Shown here: positions 9,889 through 18,947 of the stretch, piece after piece | Layout: the number at the start of each line of letters is the position of its first letter | How positions within the stretch are numbered: position 1 is the stretch's first letter | DNA from: a bacterium | GTDB taxonomy: Bacteria > Patescibacteriota > Dojkabacteria > SC72 | Length of the DNA stretch: 64,000 nucleotides | Assembly (NCBI GenBank): GCA_021463465.1 | Contig: JAJTYH010000003.1 | Coordinates: 147,549-211,548 of the forward strand | Direction of reading: 5' to 3' | Made by a program: the position numbers and the translations under genes | The notes under the pieces: model-generated | The model's input: only the letters and a program-made list of their open reading frames with translations | What the model was told of the DNA's origin: nothing | Databases searched by the model: none

Positions 9889-11022
9889 ATGAATCCAACT
9901 GCCCCTCAAAACTCAACTGCAGATTTCAATTCAGATATTGCATTGATTGAAAATAAGCTTAATGCCGTTAAGCTACCTCAAGAACTTCTAGAATCTACTA
10001 CCAGAACCATTGGAAGACTTAGGCGTATGGCTTCACACGGTAACTTTTCCGCTGAATATGAATCTGTAGATAAGTATGTAGATTGGATCACCCAAGTCCC
10101 ATGGGGCAAACTTACTCAGGATAATTTGGATATTGCGAATGCCAAAAAATTGATGGATAGCTCTCATTACGGTATTGATGTAGTGAAAGACGTAATCCTT
10201 GATTATCTCTCTGTTATGAAATTGCAGATAGATAGCGGGTTTAAAAAACAAGAGATTTCCGGCGATGCAGCTATATTAAGAGGTAACTCTGCTAATGCCC
10301 CTGTAATGCTTTTTGTAGGACTTCAGGGTGTTGGTAAAACCTCTATTGCTAAATCAATCGCTCAAGCAATGGGTCGTAAATTTGTGCGTGTTTCTCTTGG
10401 TGCAATTGGGAGTGTTCAGATTTTGCGAGGACAGTCCAAAGTATTTGCCGACGCTGAACCCGGACAGATTGTGAAAGCACTTATTCGCTCTGGAACTATG
10501 AACCCACTAATTCTACTTGATGAAATCGATAAGGTAAGTGGTAGCGGGGGATTACTTTCGGATGTGATGGCTGCGTTACTTGAGATTCTTGACCCTGAGC
10601 AAAACAGTCACTTCCTTGATCATTATGTAGATTATCCGGTCGATTTGTCACAGGTATTCTTTATTTGTACTGCTAACAACCTTGGAGGACTTTCCGCAGC
10701 ACTCCTTGATCGTATGGAGATCATTAGATTTACCAGTTACACCGATGAGGAAAAGACGATCATTGCTAAGACATACTCCATGCCAAAAGTTTTGAAAAAT
10801 ACTGGACTAAGACCAGACCAGATTGTGATAGAAGAGAGTGTATGGCCAATTCTAGTTAGACCAGTGGGTTTTGATGCTGGTTTGCGTCAGCTGGAACGAA
10901 ATATTGCAACCATGATCAGAAGTGCTGCACGAATGATTGTCGAAGGAACACCTACACCCATTACTATTACTCCTGAGAATGTAAGGAAATTTGTATTGCC
11001 TGATCAGGGCCCTCTTAGTTAG
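9889..11022 (+). CDS. Lon-family AAA+ ATPase lacking N-terminal substrate and C-terminal protease domains
   Basis: YVDWITQVPW, HYG, GLQGVGKTS, LLDEIDK, ALLEILDPEQN, DHY, FICTAN, LLDRMEII are all Lon AAA signatures; the ORF ends at 377 aa. Confidence 0.9.
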   Translation: MNPTAPQNSTADFNSDIALIENKLNAVKLPQELLESTTRTIGRLRRMASHGNFSAEYESVDKYVDWITQVPWGKLTQDNLDIANAKKLMDSSHYGIDVVKDVILDYLSVMKLQIDSGFKKQEISGDAAILRGNSANAPVMLFVGLQGVGKTSIAKSIAQAMGRKFVRVSLGAIGSVQILRGQSKVFADAEPGQIVKALIRSGTMNPLILLDEIDKVSGSGGLLSDVMAALLEILDPEQNSHFLDHYVDYPVDLSQVFFICTANNLGGLSAALLDRMEIIRFTSYTDEEKTIIAKTYSMPKVLKNTGLRPDQIVIEESVWPILVRPVGFDAGLRQLERNIATMIRSAARMIVEGTPTPITITPENVRKFVLPDQGPLS

Positions 11023-12860
11023 TTTTGCTTTGTATATCCTTCAGCTTGCTTATGGAATGCCTCAGCATATAGTCCGTCGTGCTTCAAAAGTTCAGCATGA
11101 GATCCTTCCTCTATAATACTACCTTTTTCGAAAACGTATATTTTTTGTGCATTTCTCACAGTAGAGAAACGGTGGGATATAATTATGACACTTTTGTTAT
11201 TAACAAACTCATAAATTCTTTTGAAAATTTTGTACTCTGCCAGAGGGTCAATAGATGCAGTCGGTTCATCAAGAATGAGAATCGGAGAGTCTCGATAGAA
11301 CATCCTAGCTAAGGCTAGCTTCTGCTCCTGCCCACCGGAGAGGTTTACACCGCCCTCGAAGCTCTTTCCCAAAGTGGTATTGTAACCCTCGGGTAAGCTC
11401 ATTATGAATTTATCTGCTTCTCCCAGTTTAGCTGAAGCTTTTACTTGCTGAAGGTTAAATTTCTTGTCGACGCCTAAAGCTATATTTTCAGCAATAGTCA
11501 GTGAATCAAAAACTTTATAGTCTTGGAAAAGTACGCCTATTGCCGTGTAATAACTCTCAAGATTCACCTCTTTGAGGTTTATCCCATTTACCAATATCTC
11601 ACCTTCTGTGGGATCGAACACTCTGAGTAATAATTTAATGAATGTAGTTTTCCCAGCTCCGTTCTCTCCGACAATTGCAATCTCTTCAGTTGGGTTGATT
11701 GTTATACTTAAATTCTTCAAAGCATACGGTTTTGAATTAATATATTTGAAACTTACATCTTTGAATTCAATCTTTGGTGGGAATAATGTGTCGATTCTAA
11801 TATTGCCAGAGATAATCTCATTCTTAATTTCAAAGGCGGCTTTAACTTGTTCTACACCGATGGCTAAATCGAAGAGGTTCGCTACATCATTGGTCAATGA
11901 ATCAAGTTCCTGCATAAATCTATAGGCGGTTGAGGTGAAGAAACCAAATGAACCTACAGTGATTACTCCTTTAAAGAGATCGGTTAAAAAGACAACAGGT
12001 ACAACTATTTGATTAAAACCGTAAAAGAAGGATAAGAATATGTTTGATTTGGCAACATCTTTGTTGATTTTCATTTCATCTCTAACTAAAGGGGTGTTAA
12101 GTCTCTTGAAAATATTTACCAGTGTGGTGTTAGCGAGCATCACTCTGTTCTGGGTCACACTTCGGTGACTGACCAAGTAGTACTTTGCCTCGTTTCTTTT
12201 CATAATATTGTTCAAACTAGCGTTATAGAAATTGTAGAAAATGGAGACGAACCGTATCGACTGAATTGAACTGGGTATACAAGATATCAAAAGATAGATG
12301 GTGAAGATCCAGTTGTGATTGAAGAGTATGGAAAAAGATGTAATCAGCGAAACAAATCCAGTTAATATCTCAAAGAGACTCATTACATAATTACGAATCC
12401 TCCAAATATTCTCTTGTGCCTTTATTATTGCCTTGGAAGATGCAGGGTCTTCAAACCTCGCAATGTCCATCTCTGAGATTTTTATGTGCAATTCCAGCTC
12501 GTAGTTTTTTAGGTATATGACCCGAAACTTCTCGTTTAGATACCTTAACACTTCCGTAAGCACTTTCTGTACAAGCACTAGAAGGGTAATGAAGATTAAG
12601 AGTTGCATATATGGGCGTTGCAAGGAAATTGCTTCGCTGAATGTGGCGCCGCTATTAACCAGTTCAATCAAAAGGTCTAAACCTTTTGCGGAGTAAAAGG
12701 CTAATACTGTTGGAATAACGGCGGAGATAATTGTCAAAACAATAGTCAGAGCGGTATTGCCTACCGAAAGCCTGAAGGTCTCTTTTATCGTCCAGACTGA
12801 AAGTTGAAAGAACTTCTTAATATTTTCTTTGGTGTATTTTGGAGAGTTATTCTTGCTCAT
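11019..12860 (-). CDS. ABC exporter, fused TMD-NBD
   Basis: GENGAGKTT, LSGGQEQ, ILILDEPT, ISHR after a multi-TM domain. Confidence 0.93.
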   Translation of the reverse strand: MSKNNSPKYTKENIKKFFQLSVWTIKETFRLSVGNTALTIVLTIISAVIPTVLAFYSAKGLDLLIELVNSGATFSEAISLQRPYMQLLIFITLLVLVQKVLTEVLRYLNEKFRVIYLKNYELELHIKISEMDIARFEDPASSKAIIKAQENIWRIRNYVMSLFEILTGFVSLITSFSILFNHNWIFTIYLLISCIPSSIQSIRFVSIFYNFYNASLNNIMKRNEAKYYLVSHRSVTQNRVMLANTTLVNIFKRLNTPLVRDEMKINKDVAKSNIFLSFFYGFNQIVVPVVFLTDLFKGVITVGSFGFFTSTAYRFMQELDSLTNDVANLFDLAIGVEQVKAAFEIKNEIISGNIRIDTLFPPKIEFKDVSFKYINSKPYALKNLSITINPTEEIAIVGENGAGKTTFIKLLLRVFDPTEGEILVNGINLKEVNLESYYTAIGVLFQDYKVFDSLTIAENIALGVDKKFNLQQVKASAKLGEADKFIMSLPEGYNTTLGKSFEGGVNLSGGQEQKLALARMFYRDSPILILDEPTASIDPLAEYKIFKRIYEFVNNKSVIIISHRFSTVRNAQKIYVFEKGSIIEEGSHAELLKHDGLYAEAFHKQAEGYTKQN

Positions 12861-12869
12861 GTATTCAGA

Positions 12870-13142
12870 CTATATTCCTTTAAAAGGGTTTTTCAGCTGA
12901 AGAGCTTGGAGCTCTTGTGGGATATTGGGATCTAGCTTTGGTTTAGGTCGCGCTTTGGGCGGTGCATTTAATGTCTGATTAGAACTTTTATCTTGCATAC
13001 TCGTTTCTGCTGCCTTAATTGCATCCAAATCACTGCTTACCAGATCAGCTGGTAGGGTACTTGGATTGACCTGGGTAGTAACCAGATAATCATTCGTTAT
13101 TGGGTTGTTTGCCTGTGGTGGCGTTTGGGTCGTTGGATTCAT
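12870..13142 (-). CDS. Small Pro/Gln/Thr-rich hypothetical protein
   Basis: Fills the gap between virB4 and the ABC gene. Probable start MNPTTQ at 13142 (track start 13166). Confidence 0.5.
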   Translation of the reverse strand: MNPTTQTPPQANNPITNDYLVTTQVNPSTLPADLVSSDLDAIKAAETSMQDKSSNQTLNAPPKARPKPKLDPNIPQELQALQLKNPFKGI

Positions 13143-15489
13143 TCTCTTGATTAAATGTAACTTCACCTTGTGGTGTGATATGCATTTTGCCTTCGTTCAT
13201 TTGGTTGCGTTGATGTACGACCTGATCGGTTACACTTTTTGGTGCGTCTTGCAAGAAAGGACTCGCGCCAACTCCGTAGGTTTGACCTTTTTCTTCAGCT
13301 TTTTGTTTCTCTTCCAGATACTGTTGATAACTTATTTTGTCTTGCACAAGTTTTTTGATATCGGTTTTTCTTTGCTCAATTGCTTGTTGAACTACGTCTC
13401 GTTGATTGACGTTAACACCTGACTTGATTGGGCGTTGGACTGCTGGAGGGTCGTAGATTTGTGCTATCTCTTCAATGGTTCGATTAGCGTTCACGCCTTC
13501 TTTGGCCATTCTTTCAAGTTCGACAGGGTTAGTAGTGATGAGCTCGTTCTCGGCAATACTTGATACCACTTGGATTGCCACATGGTTGGAACCTGCAAAA
13601 AATAATCCTTGTCCTAAATCACAAGTAAGTAGGAAGGACTTCTCTCCTTCGGAAAGGTTGAATATTTTCTGAAGTCTTTCAACTGAAGAAGGACTCTGCT
13701 TCATCAACATTTGAATAGTGGAGTTGGAGATGATGGCTCGCCCCATGTCGTTTTTCACGAAGTCATCAACATCTTGAGTGATGGTGGTAAGACCTAAGTA
13801 GTATTTTCGAGCGCGCTTAGCAATCGAATACATAAACTTAGCGGATTCAGGATATTGCATCATGTACCAAGCCTCATCAACTACTAAAATTCTGCGCTTC
13901 TTATCTTTTCGAATACGAGTCCAGATGTAATCCAACATTAGGTACATAGCCATAGGTCGGAGTTCTTCCTGAAGGTCGCGTACTGAGAATACGGTGAAGG
14001 CGTTATTTAGTTCTACGGTGCTTCTCTCGTTAAAGATACCAGCACCACTCCCCATGATGAATCGCTCTAAACGTCTCGACATATCGTGTGCTTCATTTTC
14101 TGCCATTCCTTTGAGTACTTTGTAAAGATCTTCCAATAAAGGATAGTTAGCATTACGTTGTGTAGTTGGATCAAGATTAATACCTTTCTCTCGGTATGTG
14201 AGCAGAAGAGCGCGGTCAAGGATTGACATCTCAATGTTATTTAGTCCATCAAAAAGGATTCGGAAGAACCCTTGAAGTGAGAGTAGCTTCATTCGAAGCT
14301 CATCATCTTCTGGGTCTCCTAAGCCTGAAAGTTCGAAAGGATTCATCTTGTCGCCTTTGTCTTGCGAGAACGAGATGTAGGCACCTTGTACGGCTTCACA
14401 TAGGTCTTTGTATTCATGCTCAGGGTCAATGATGATAAGTTCCGCGCCAAGCATTAGACTACGGATAGCTTCAAGCTTCACAAAATAGCTCTTACCAGCA
14501 CCAGCTTTTGCGAAGACTACTGTATTAGCATTTTCCAATGAGAAGCGGTCAAAGATAACCAAACTGCGGTTATGTTGGTTGATGCCATACATGATTCCAT
14601 GGTCCATAGTTAGCTCGGAAGTCACAAACGGGAAGGTGGTAGCAAGGGATGTAGTGTCCATGTTTCGAGTGATATATAAACGGTCCAGTCCAAGTGGTTG
14701 TGTACTTATTAAACCTTGCTCTTGCTGAAGCATGGCGGGGTTAGCAGTTACATTAATAGAAGCCAGGGGGGAGATTGCATTCTTAGCGATCTTTTCGAGC
14801 ATCTCCTGGTCTTTAGAAGATATGGTGATGTACATACCGAAGTGGAAGAATTTTTCAGTACCCTCAGCAATAGAATCTTGTAGCTGTTGAGCATCTGACA
14901 GTGCGACCTTAAGTGATGGATCGACTACTTTTCGCCCTTCCATTTGCTGATAGATGGTTGCCTCCATTTCACCAATCTTTCTCTTTAGCTTTTCTAAGAT
15001 AACCTTGGAATCTACTGGGTAATAAAAGGAGGAGATTCTAAGTGAATATTCAAAGTTGATTATAGGGGAGAGCCAGTTGGGTCCTACGAATCTGGGATAT
15101 CCGCTGACAAATAGGGTACGGTAGTATGTGTCGCCGATATGAACATCATTGAAATCTACTTCAAGGTCAATAGGGGCAATAATATCCTGAATGGTTAATC
15201 CTTCGTATGCCTTTGGAGGTTCAAGTCGTCCTGAAGGTTTATCATCTTTTTTCTTTTGAGGCTTGAACAAATCAAGCAGGAACTGCAGGGGGTTCTTCTT
15301 GTCAGTTTGCGTATCTTCGAATTTCTCCTTCTGTTGAATCAGAGTTCTTTTATCTCTATCTGCTGCGACTTCCTCATGAATTGCACGAATCTTCTCTTGA
15401 GGGTTCTCAAGCTTCTTCGCACGATCTTTCATAAGCCCTTGGGTTTTTGAGTCGTAGGTTTTAGTGAAGTTTAGTTTCTCCTCAGGCAT
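13090..15489 (-). CDS. virB4: VirB4/TraC-family secretion ATPase (PrgJ/ConE-like)
   Basis: TFPF, YGIN, FDRFSLENAN, FAKAGAGKS, IIDPEHEY, VVDEAW, RARKY, ITQD motifs. Confidence 0.92.
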   Translation of the reverse strand: MPEEKLNFTKTYDSKTQGLMKDRAKKLENPQEKIRAIHEEVAADRDKRTLIQQKEKFEDTQTDKKNPLQFLLDLFKPQKKKDDKPSGRLEPPKAYEGLTIQDIIAPIDLEVDFNDVHIGDTYYRTLFVSGYPRFVGPNWLSPIINFEYSLRISSFYYPVDSKVILEKLKRKIGEMEATIYQQMEGRKVVDPSLKVALSDAQQLQDSIAEGTEKFFHFGMYITISSKDQEMLEKIAKNAISPLASINVTANPAMLQQEQGLISTQPLGLDRLYITRNMDTTSLATTFPFVTSELTMDHGIMYGINQHNRSLVIFDRFSLENANTVVFAKAGAGKSYFVKLEAIRSLMLGAELIIIDPEHEYKDLCEAVQGAYISFSQDKGDKMNPFELSGLGDPEDDELRMKLLSLQGFFRILFDGLNNIEMSILDRALLLTYREKGINLDPTTQRNANYPLLEDLYKVLKGMAENEAHDMSRRLERFIMGSGAGIFNERSTVELNNAFTVFSVRDLQEELRPMAMYLMLDYIWTRIRKDKKRRILVVDEAWYMMQYPESAKFMYSIAKRARKYYLGLTTITQDVDDFVKNDMGRAIISNSTIQMLMKQSPSSVERLQKIFNLSEGEKSFLLTCDLGQGLFFAGSNHVAIQVVSSIAENELITTNPVELERMAKEGVNANRTIEEIAQIYDPPAVQRPIKSGVNVNQRDVVQQAIEQRKTDIKKLVQDKISYQQYLEEKQKAEEKGQTYGVGASPFLQDAPKSVTDQVVHQRNQMNEGKMHITPQGEVTFNQENESNDPNATTGKQPNNE

Positions 15490-16108
15490 TTTCAGAAGGG
15501 TTATAAATATTATAGAAAAGTTCCATTAATTCTGGGTTTGTTAACTGATGCCCTGCAAGGCCCATACGTCCGAGTTGTTTTAGAATGTGGTCGCGTTTAG
15601 GATAGAGGAAAATCTTGCTTCGCTCAACCAGCTTGTCGATTTCAAGAGCAACTTTTTGGTCACTTCGCTCCTGTTTGAGAATACCTGCACTTGTAATTGA
15701 AGCAACCGGATTGTAGAAAATTACGATATAAAACTTCTTATCCAATACATCATTTTGTACGATGAGGTTTTGGATGAAGGTAGTGTAGATTTGAAGCTGT
15801 TTTTTAAGCCCCTCGCTCATGTTCGCCTGATTCTGGGCTTTGAGATAGTTAACGTAATTAGAGATGTCGATTCGGTTGGTTTTGATTAGAATTTGGATTG
15901 GAAAATTGAGGGAGTTAAGTAGTCCTGCAAAAGCATAGATTTTATTATCCTGCTCATATTCAGATAGCAAGTCAAAGTTCACCGCTGTAGTTTGTATCAA
16001 CAGAGCTGCACTACCAGAAGTCGTTACGACCAAATCATCAACGATGTCTTTCATTTCTAAGTGCTCTTGTGTTGATGCTGTGGCTCTCGCCCTAGCTTTT
16101 GGATCCAA
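15482..16108 (-). CDS. VirB4 N-terminal-like T4SS accessory protein
   Basis: STQEHL, VNFDLLSEYEQ, FAGLLNSLNFPIQI, KKFYIV, YNIYNP; lies between prgI and virB4. Confidence 0.75.
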   Translation of the reverse strand: MDPKARARATASTQEHLEMKDIVDDLVVTTSGSAALLIQTTAVNFDLLSEYEQDNKIYAFAGLLNSLNFPIQILIKTNRIDISNYVNYLKAQNQANMSEGLKKQLQIYTTFIQNLIVQNDVLDKKFYIVIFYNPVASITSAGILKQERSDQKVALEIDKLVERSKIFLYPKRDHILKQLGRMGLAGHQLTNPELMELFYNIYNPSENA

Positions 16109-16109
16109 G

Positions 16110-17075
16110 TTAGTTAGCTAATATTTTAATAGGTGGGATTTCTGGTTTATCCATTATCAATTGTATTGGCGAAAAGGTGTATCCTGATGCTTGAATTTCA
16201 ATATTATACGCGGCTGGAGTAAAAGGTTTATTGGAAAGTACATCTCCATTCGCATCTGATTGAAGCGCTGAAATTACCCTGTTTTGTTCATCCTTTATTA
16301 CTAGTACTGCCTGAGAGATTGGCTGATTTTCTTTATTTAACAGTTTGAAGTTGAGATTTCCTGCATATGGGCCTGGGTTAGTTAGGGTAGTGGTGAAGTT
16401 AGCAAGATTATCTGGGGTAAGTCGAAGTCTTTGATTAGAAACAGGAGTATTGGGTGGTTGAGAAGGTGTTGTGATTGGTGCCGTTGCTTGTGCCTGGGTT
16501 TGTACCGGTACCTGAGAGGAGGGTGTGAAAGTAGGTGAAGGGGTAGGTGTGGGAGTAGTTGCGCCAGCACCTTGCAGAACTTGATCGATTCTAGCTAGTT
16601 CAGCTTGCTCTTGTTGGTCAAACTCATCGAGTTTGCTTTGTTCGATAAACTGGGTAGTTGGTGTGTCGGCTGTTCCACCAATAATTTCGCCATTCCCTCG
16701 AGTGGCGTTTTCTCTATTCATGGTGCCTTGGGTCATATTGAATTCAGGTTTGATCTTTTGGATTTTTTCATCAATTATCTCGTTTTTCCATACTCTTTGG
16801 GTAGGGTGGGTAATGGCCCAGATGTAGTTTTTGGCAAATACGTCAGCTTTCTGGTCGTTGATGTTTATCAAACCTAAGAAAAGACCAATGCCTGAGGAAA
16901 GTAGGAAGACGGGAAAGGATACTATGCCTGGAAGCTGGCCTAGAGTATAATAGTAAAGGAAAATTCCTCCAAAACCGATGCCGGTAGCCATATAAACAAA
17001 CTCCCTTACCGTAAATTTGGTGAAGAGCTTGAACTCGATATCTAAGATATTTTGAGGAATTGCGTGCTGTCTCAT
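16110..17075 (-). CDS. PrgI-family (VirB3-like) membrane protein with Pro/Thr linker and C-terminal beta-sandwich domain
   Basis: QHAIPQNI..IEFKL...TVREF, two TM helices, P.QRVW; C-terminal carboxypeptidase-regulatory-like pattern (QSDANG...YNIEIQASGY). Confidence 0.8.
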   Translation of the reverse strand: MRQHAIPQNILDIEFKLFTKFTVREFVYMATGIGFGGIFLYYYTLGQLPGIVSFPVFLLSSGIGLFLGLININDQKADVFAKNYIWAITHPTQRVWKNEIIDEKIQKIKPEFNMTQGTMNRENATRGNGEIIGGTADTPTTQFIEQSKLDEFDQQEQAELARIDQVLQGAGATTPTPTPSPTFTPSSQVPVQTQAQATAPITTPSQPPNTPVSNQRLRLTPDNLANFTTTLTNPGPYAGNLNFKLLNKENQPISQAVLVIKDEQNRVISALQSDANGDVLSNKPFTPAAYNIEIQASGYTFSPIQLIMDKPEIPPIKILAN

Positions 17076-17139
17076 ATAACCTAAATTAGTTTACCAAATA
17101 TCCTATGTTCTTCAATGTTTTTTGCTATCATTAATGTAT

Positions 17140-17874
17140 ATGGGTTACAAAAGAGAGACCGTAGAAATTCTACGAAAATTTAGACAGAATATGGGTAGCG
17201 ATTTCTATCAGGAAGATGCCAGAAGGATTTTCAGGGCAAAGCTCACTGAGCTCCCTCAATCTGAAGCCTGGCCTGTAAGCGAAAAGAAACTTCAGTATGC
17301 CAGAGCTTTCTGTCAACATATGCTGGTCGGGAACTTTGTGAAGTATATCGGAGTGAGTGGGTCTGTGGCTGCGGGAATTGCAAAAGAAGAAGATGATATT
17401 GACTTATTTATTGTTGTCAAAAACAACACATTGTGGATTTATCGTGGTTTAATGCTGCTCAAAAATCTATTCAATAAAAAGCTACGACGAGCGGATTCTA
17501 CTGAGGTCAAAGATATCCTTTGCCCTAACCACATAGTAGAGGAAAGGGGTTTGAAATTTGAAGATGATGTTTTCAATTTGCATGAAATCTATTATTTAAA
17601 ACATGTTTATAATCCTGATTATTTTGACAAAATCTTAGCCTCAAACCAGTGGATCCGCAGTTGGGGAGGAGTTGTACCGGTTTCAGATATAACGCTCAAA
17701 AGGATGAGTATTTTCAGAGAAGCTATGAATCTCTACTTTTTCCTACCTCAATTGCTTTTCATGTTTCTCTCAAGGCATAAGCCTGACGTAAAACGTATTT
17801 TTCAGAACTACTTGAGTGGTAAAATTGAATTCTTTCCTGCAAATTTCAAGTCGAAAGTTTTGAAATTGCTTTAG
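17140..17874 (+). CDS. Pol-beta-like nucleotidyltransferase domain protein
   Basis: GVSGSVAAG...DDIDLFIV (GS...DxD). Start ATG 17140 follows TGCTATCAT; track start is 17122. Confidence 0.75.
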   Translation: MGYKRETVEILRKFRQNMGSDFYQEDARRIFRAKLTELPQSEAWPVSEKKLQYARAFCQHMLVGNFVKYIGVSGSVAAGIAKEEDDIDLFIVVKNNTLWIYRGLMLLKNLFNKKLRRADSTEVKDILCPNHIVEERGLKFEDDVFNLHEIYYLKHVYNPDYFDKILASNQWIRSWGGVVPVSDITLKRMSIFREAMNLYFFLPQLLFMFLSRHKPDVKRIFQNYLSGKIEFFPANFKSKVLKLL

Positions 17875-18947
17875 TTCAAATCAATTACTTGTGCTTTTTT
17901 TAATATTTCTTTAGGGATATGAGACAGTTCTATTGTTGTGATAAAGGTTTGTTGTTGGTCGAAGATCTTATCTGAAAGAATCTTTCGTGTGTTTATTGTG
18001 TCTAGTTCTGAGGGGATATCATCTAGTAGCAGAATAGGTCGAACTCCCTTTTTATCTGCAATCAACTCAAGTGTCAGGAAAATCAACTTCCCTATGGCCA
18101 TACGCTTCTCTCCTCTTGAACCGAATCGTTTTATCTCTTTCCCTTGCATAATCGTCCAATCATCTCGGTGTGCCCCAATATTAGTGAACCCAGTTGCTAT
18201 ATCCCTCTTTACTTTCTCATCTAACAATTCTCGTATAATTCGCTGTAATGATTGGGTGTCAGCTATATCCTCAAATAGATTGAGCGTGACAGAGGGATTG
18301 TAAATAACTTCCAGCTCTTTGTTCTTTAATTGCGCAATGACTTGAGATCGTTTGGTCATGATTTTTGCACTGTACTTAGCTATCTGATCACTCCAATACC
18401 CAAGCTGACTATCTTCCTTTGGCAACTCTCCTGTATCATAGAATTTCTTGGATAGACGTTTGAGATATGCATTGCGTTGCTTCAAGCTCTTGTGAAATTT
18501 GGAAATTATATCGTCATACTCGATGTCTATTTTGGAGAGGATTTGGTCGATAAACTCGCGACGTTTTGAACTAGAGATCATTAAGAGATCAATTTGTTCA
18601 GGGCTAAACATAACTGACGAGATATTCTCAAAAAACTTCTTAGAAGTAGTATTAGCCCCGTTGAGTTTGAGTTGTCTTTTTAATGAGTCACGGAAATATG
18701 CATATGCCCTTTCTTGGTTATTCTGAATCTCTATTCGAAAGTGTTTATTCTCGTCCGACTGGTCAGTGTTGAATTCGTCTTCGAAGTCAGCCCAAGGGGA
18801 TTGTCCGTTGGTGATGAGGTAAATGGCTTCTAAAATAGTGCTCTTACCCTTGGTATTATTGCCATGAATCACTATAATATTTTTCTTAAAGTCAAAACTT
18901 GTATCGGTAAACTGACGGAAGTTTGTGAGCTTAAGTTGTTTAATCAT
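17871..18947 (-). CDS. recF: DNA replication/repair protein RecF
   Basis: LTNFR, GNNTKGKST, RREFID, LKQRNA, GAHRDD, SRGEKR, LLLDD. Confidence 0.93.
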   Translation of the reverse strand: MIKQLKLTNFRQFTDTSFDFKKNIIVIHGNNTKGKSTILEAIYLITNGQSPWADFEDEFNTDQSDENKHFRIEIQNNQERAYAYFRDSLKRQLKLNGANTTSKKFFENISSVMFSPEQIDLLMISSSKRREFIDQILSKIDIEYDDIISKFHKSLKQRNAYLKRLSKKFYDTGELPKEDSQLGYWSDQIAKYSAKIMTKRSQVIAQLKNKELEVIYNPSVTLNLFEDIADTQSLQRIIRELLDEKVKRDIATGFTNIGAHRDDWTIMQGKEIKRFGSRGEKRMAIGKLIFLTLELIADKKGVRPILLLDDIPSELDTINTRKILSDKIFDQQQTFITTIELSHIPKEILKKAQVIDLN

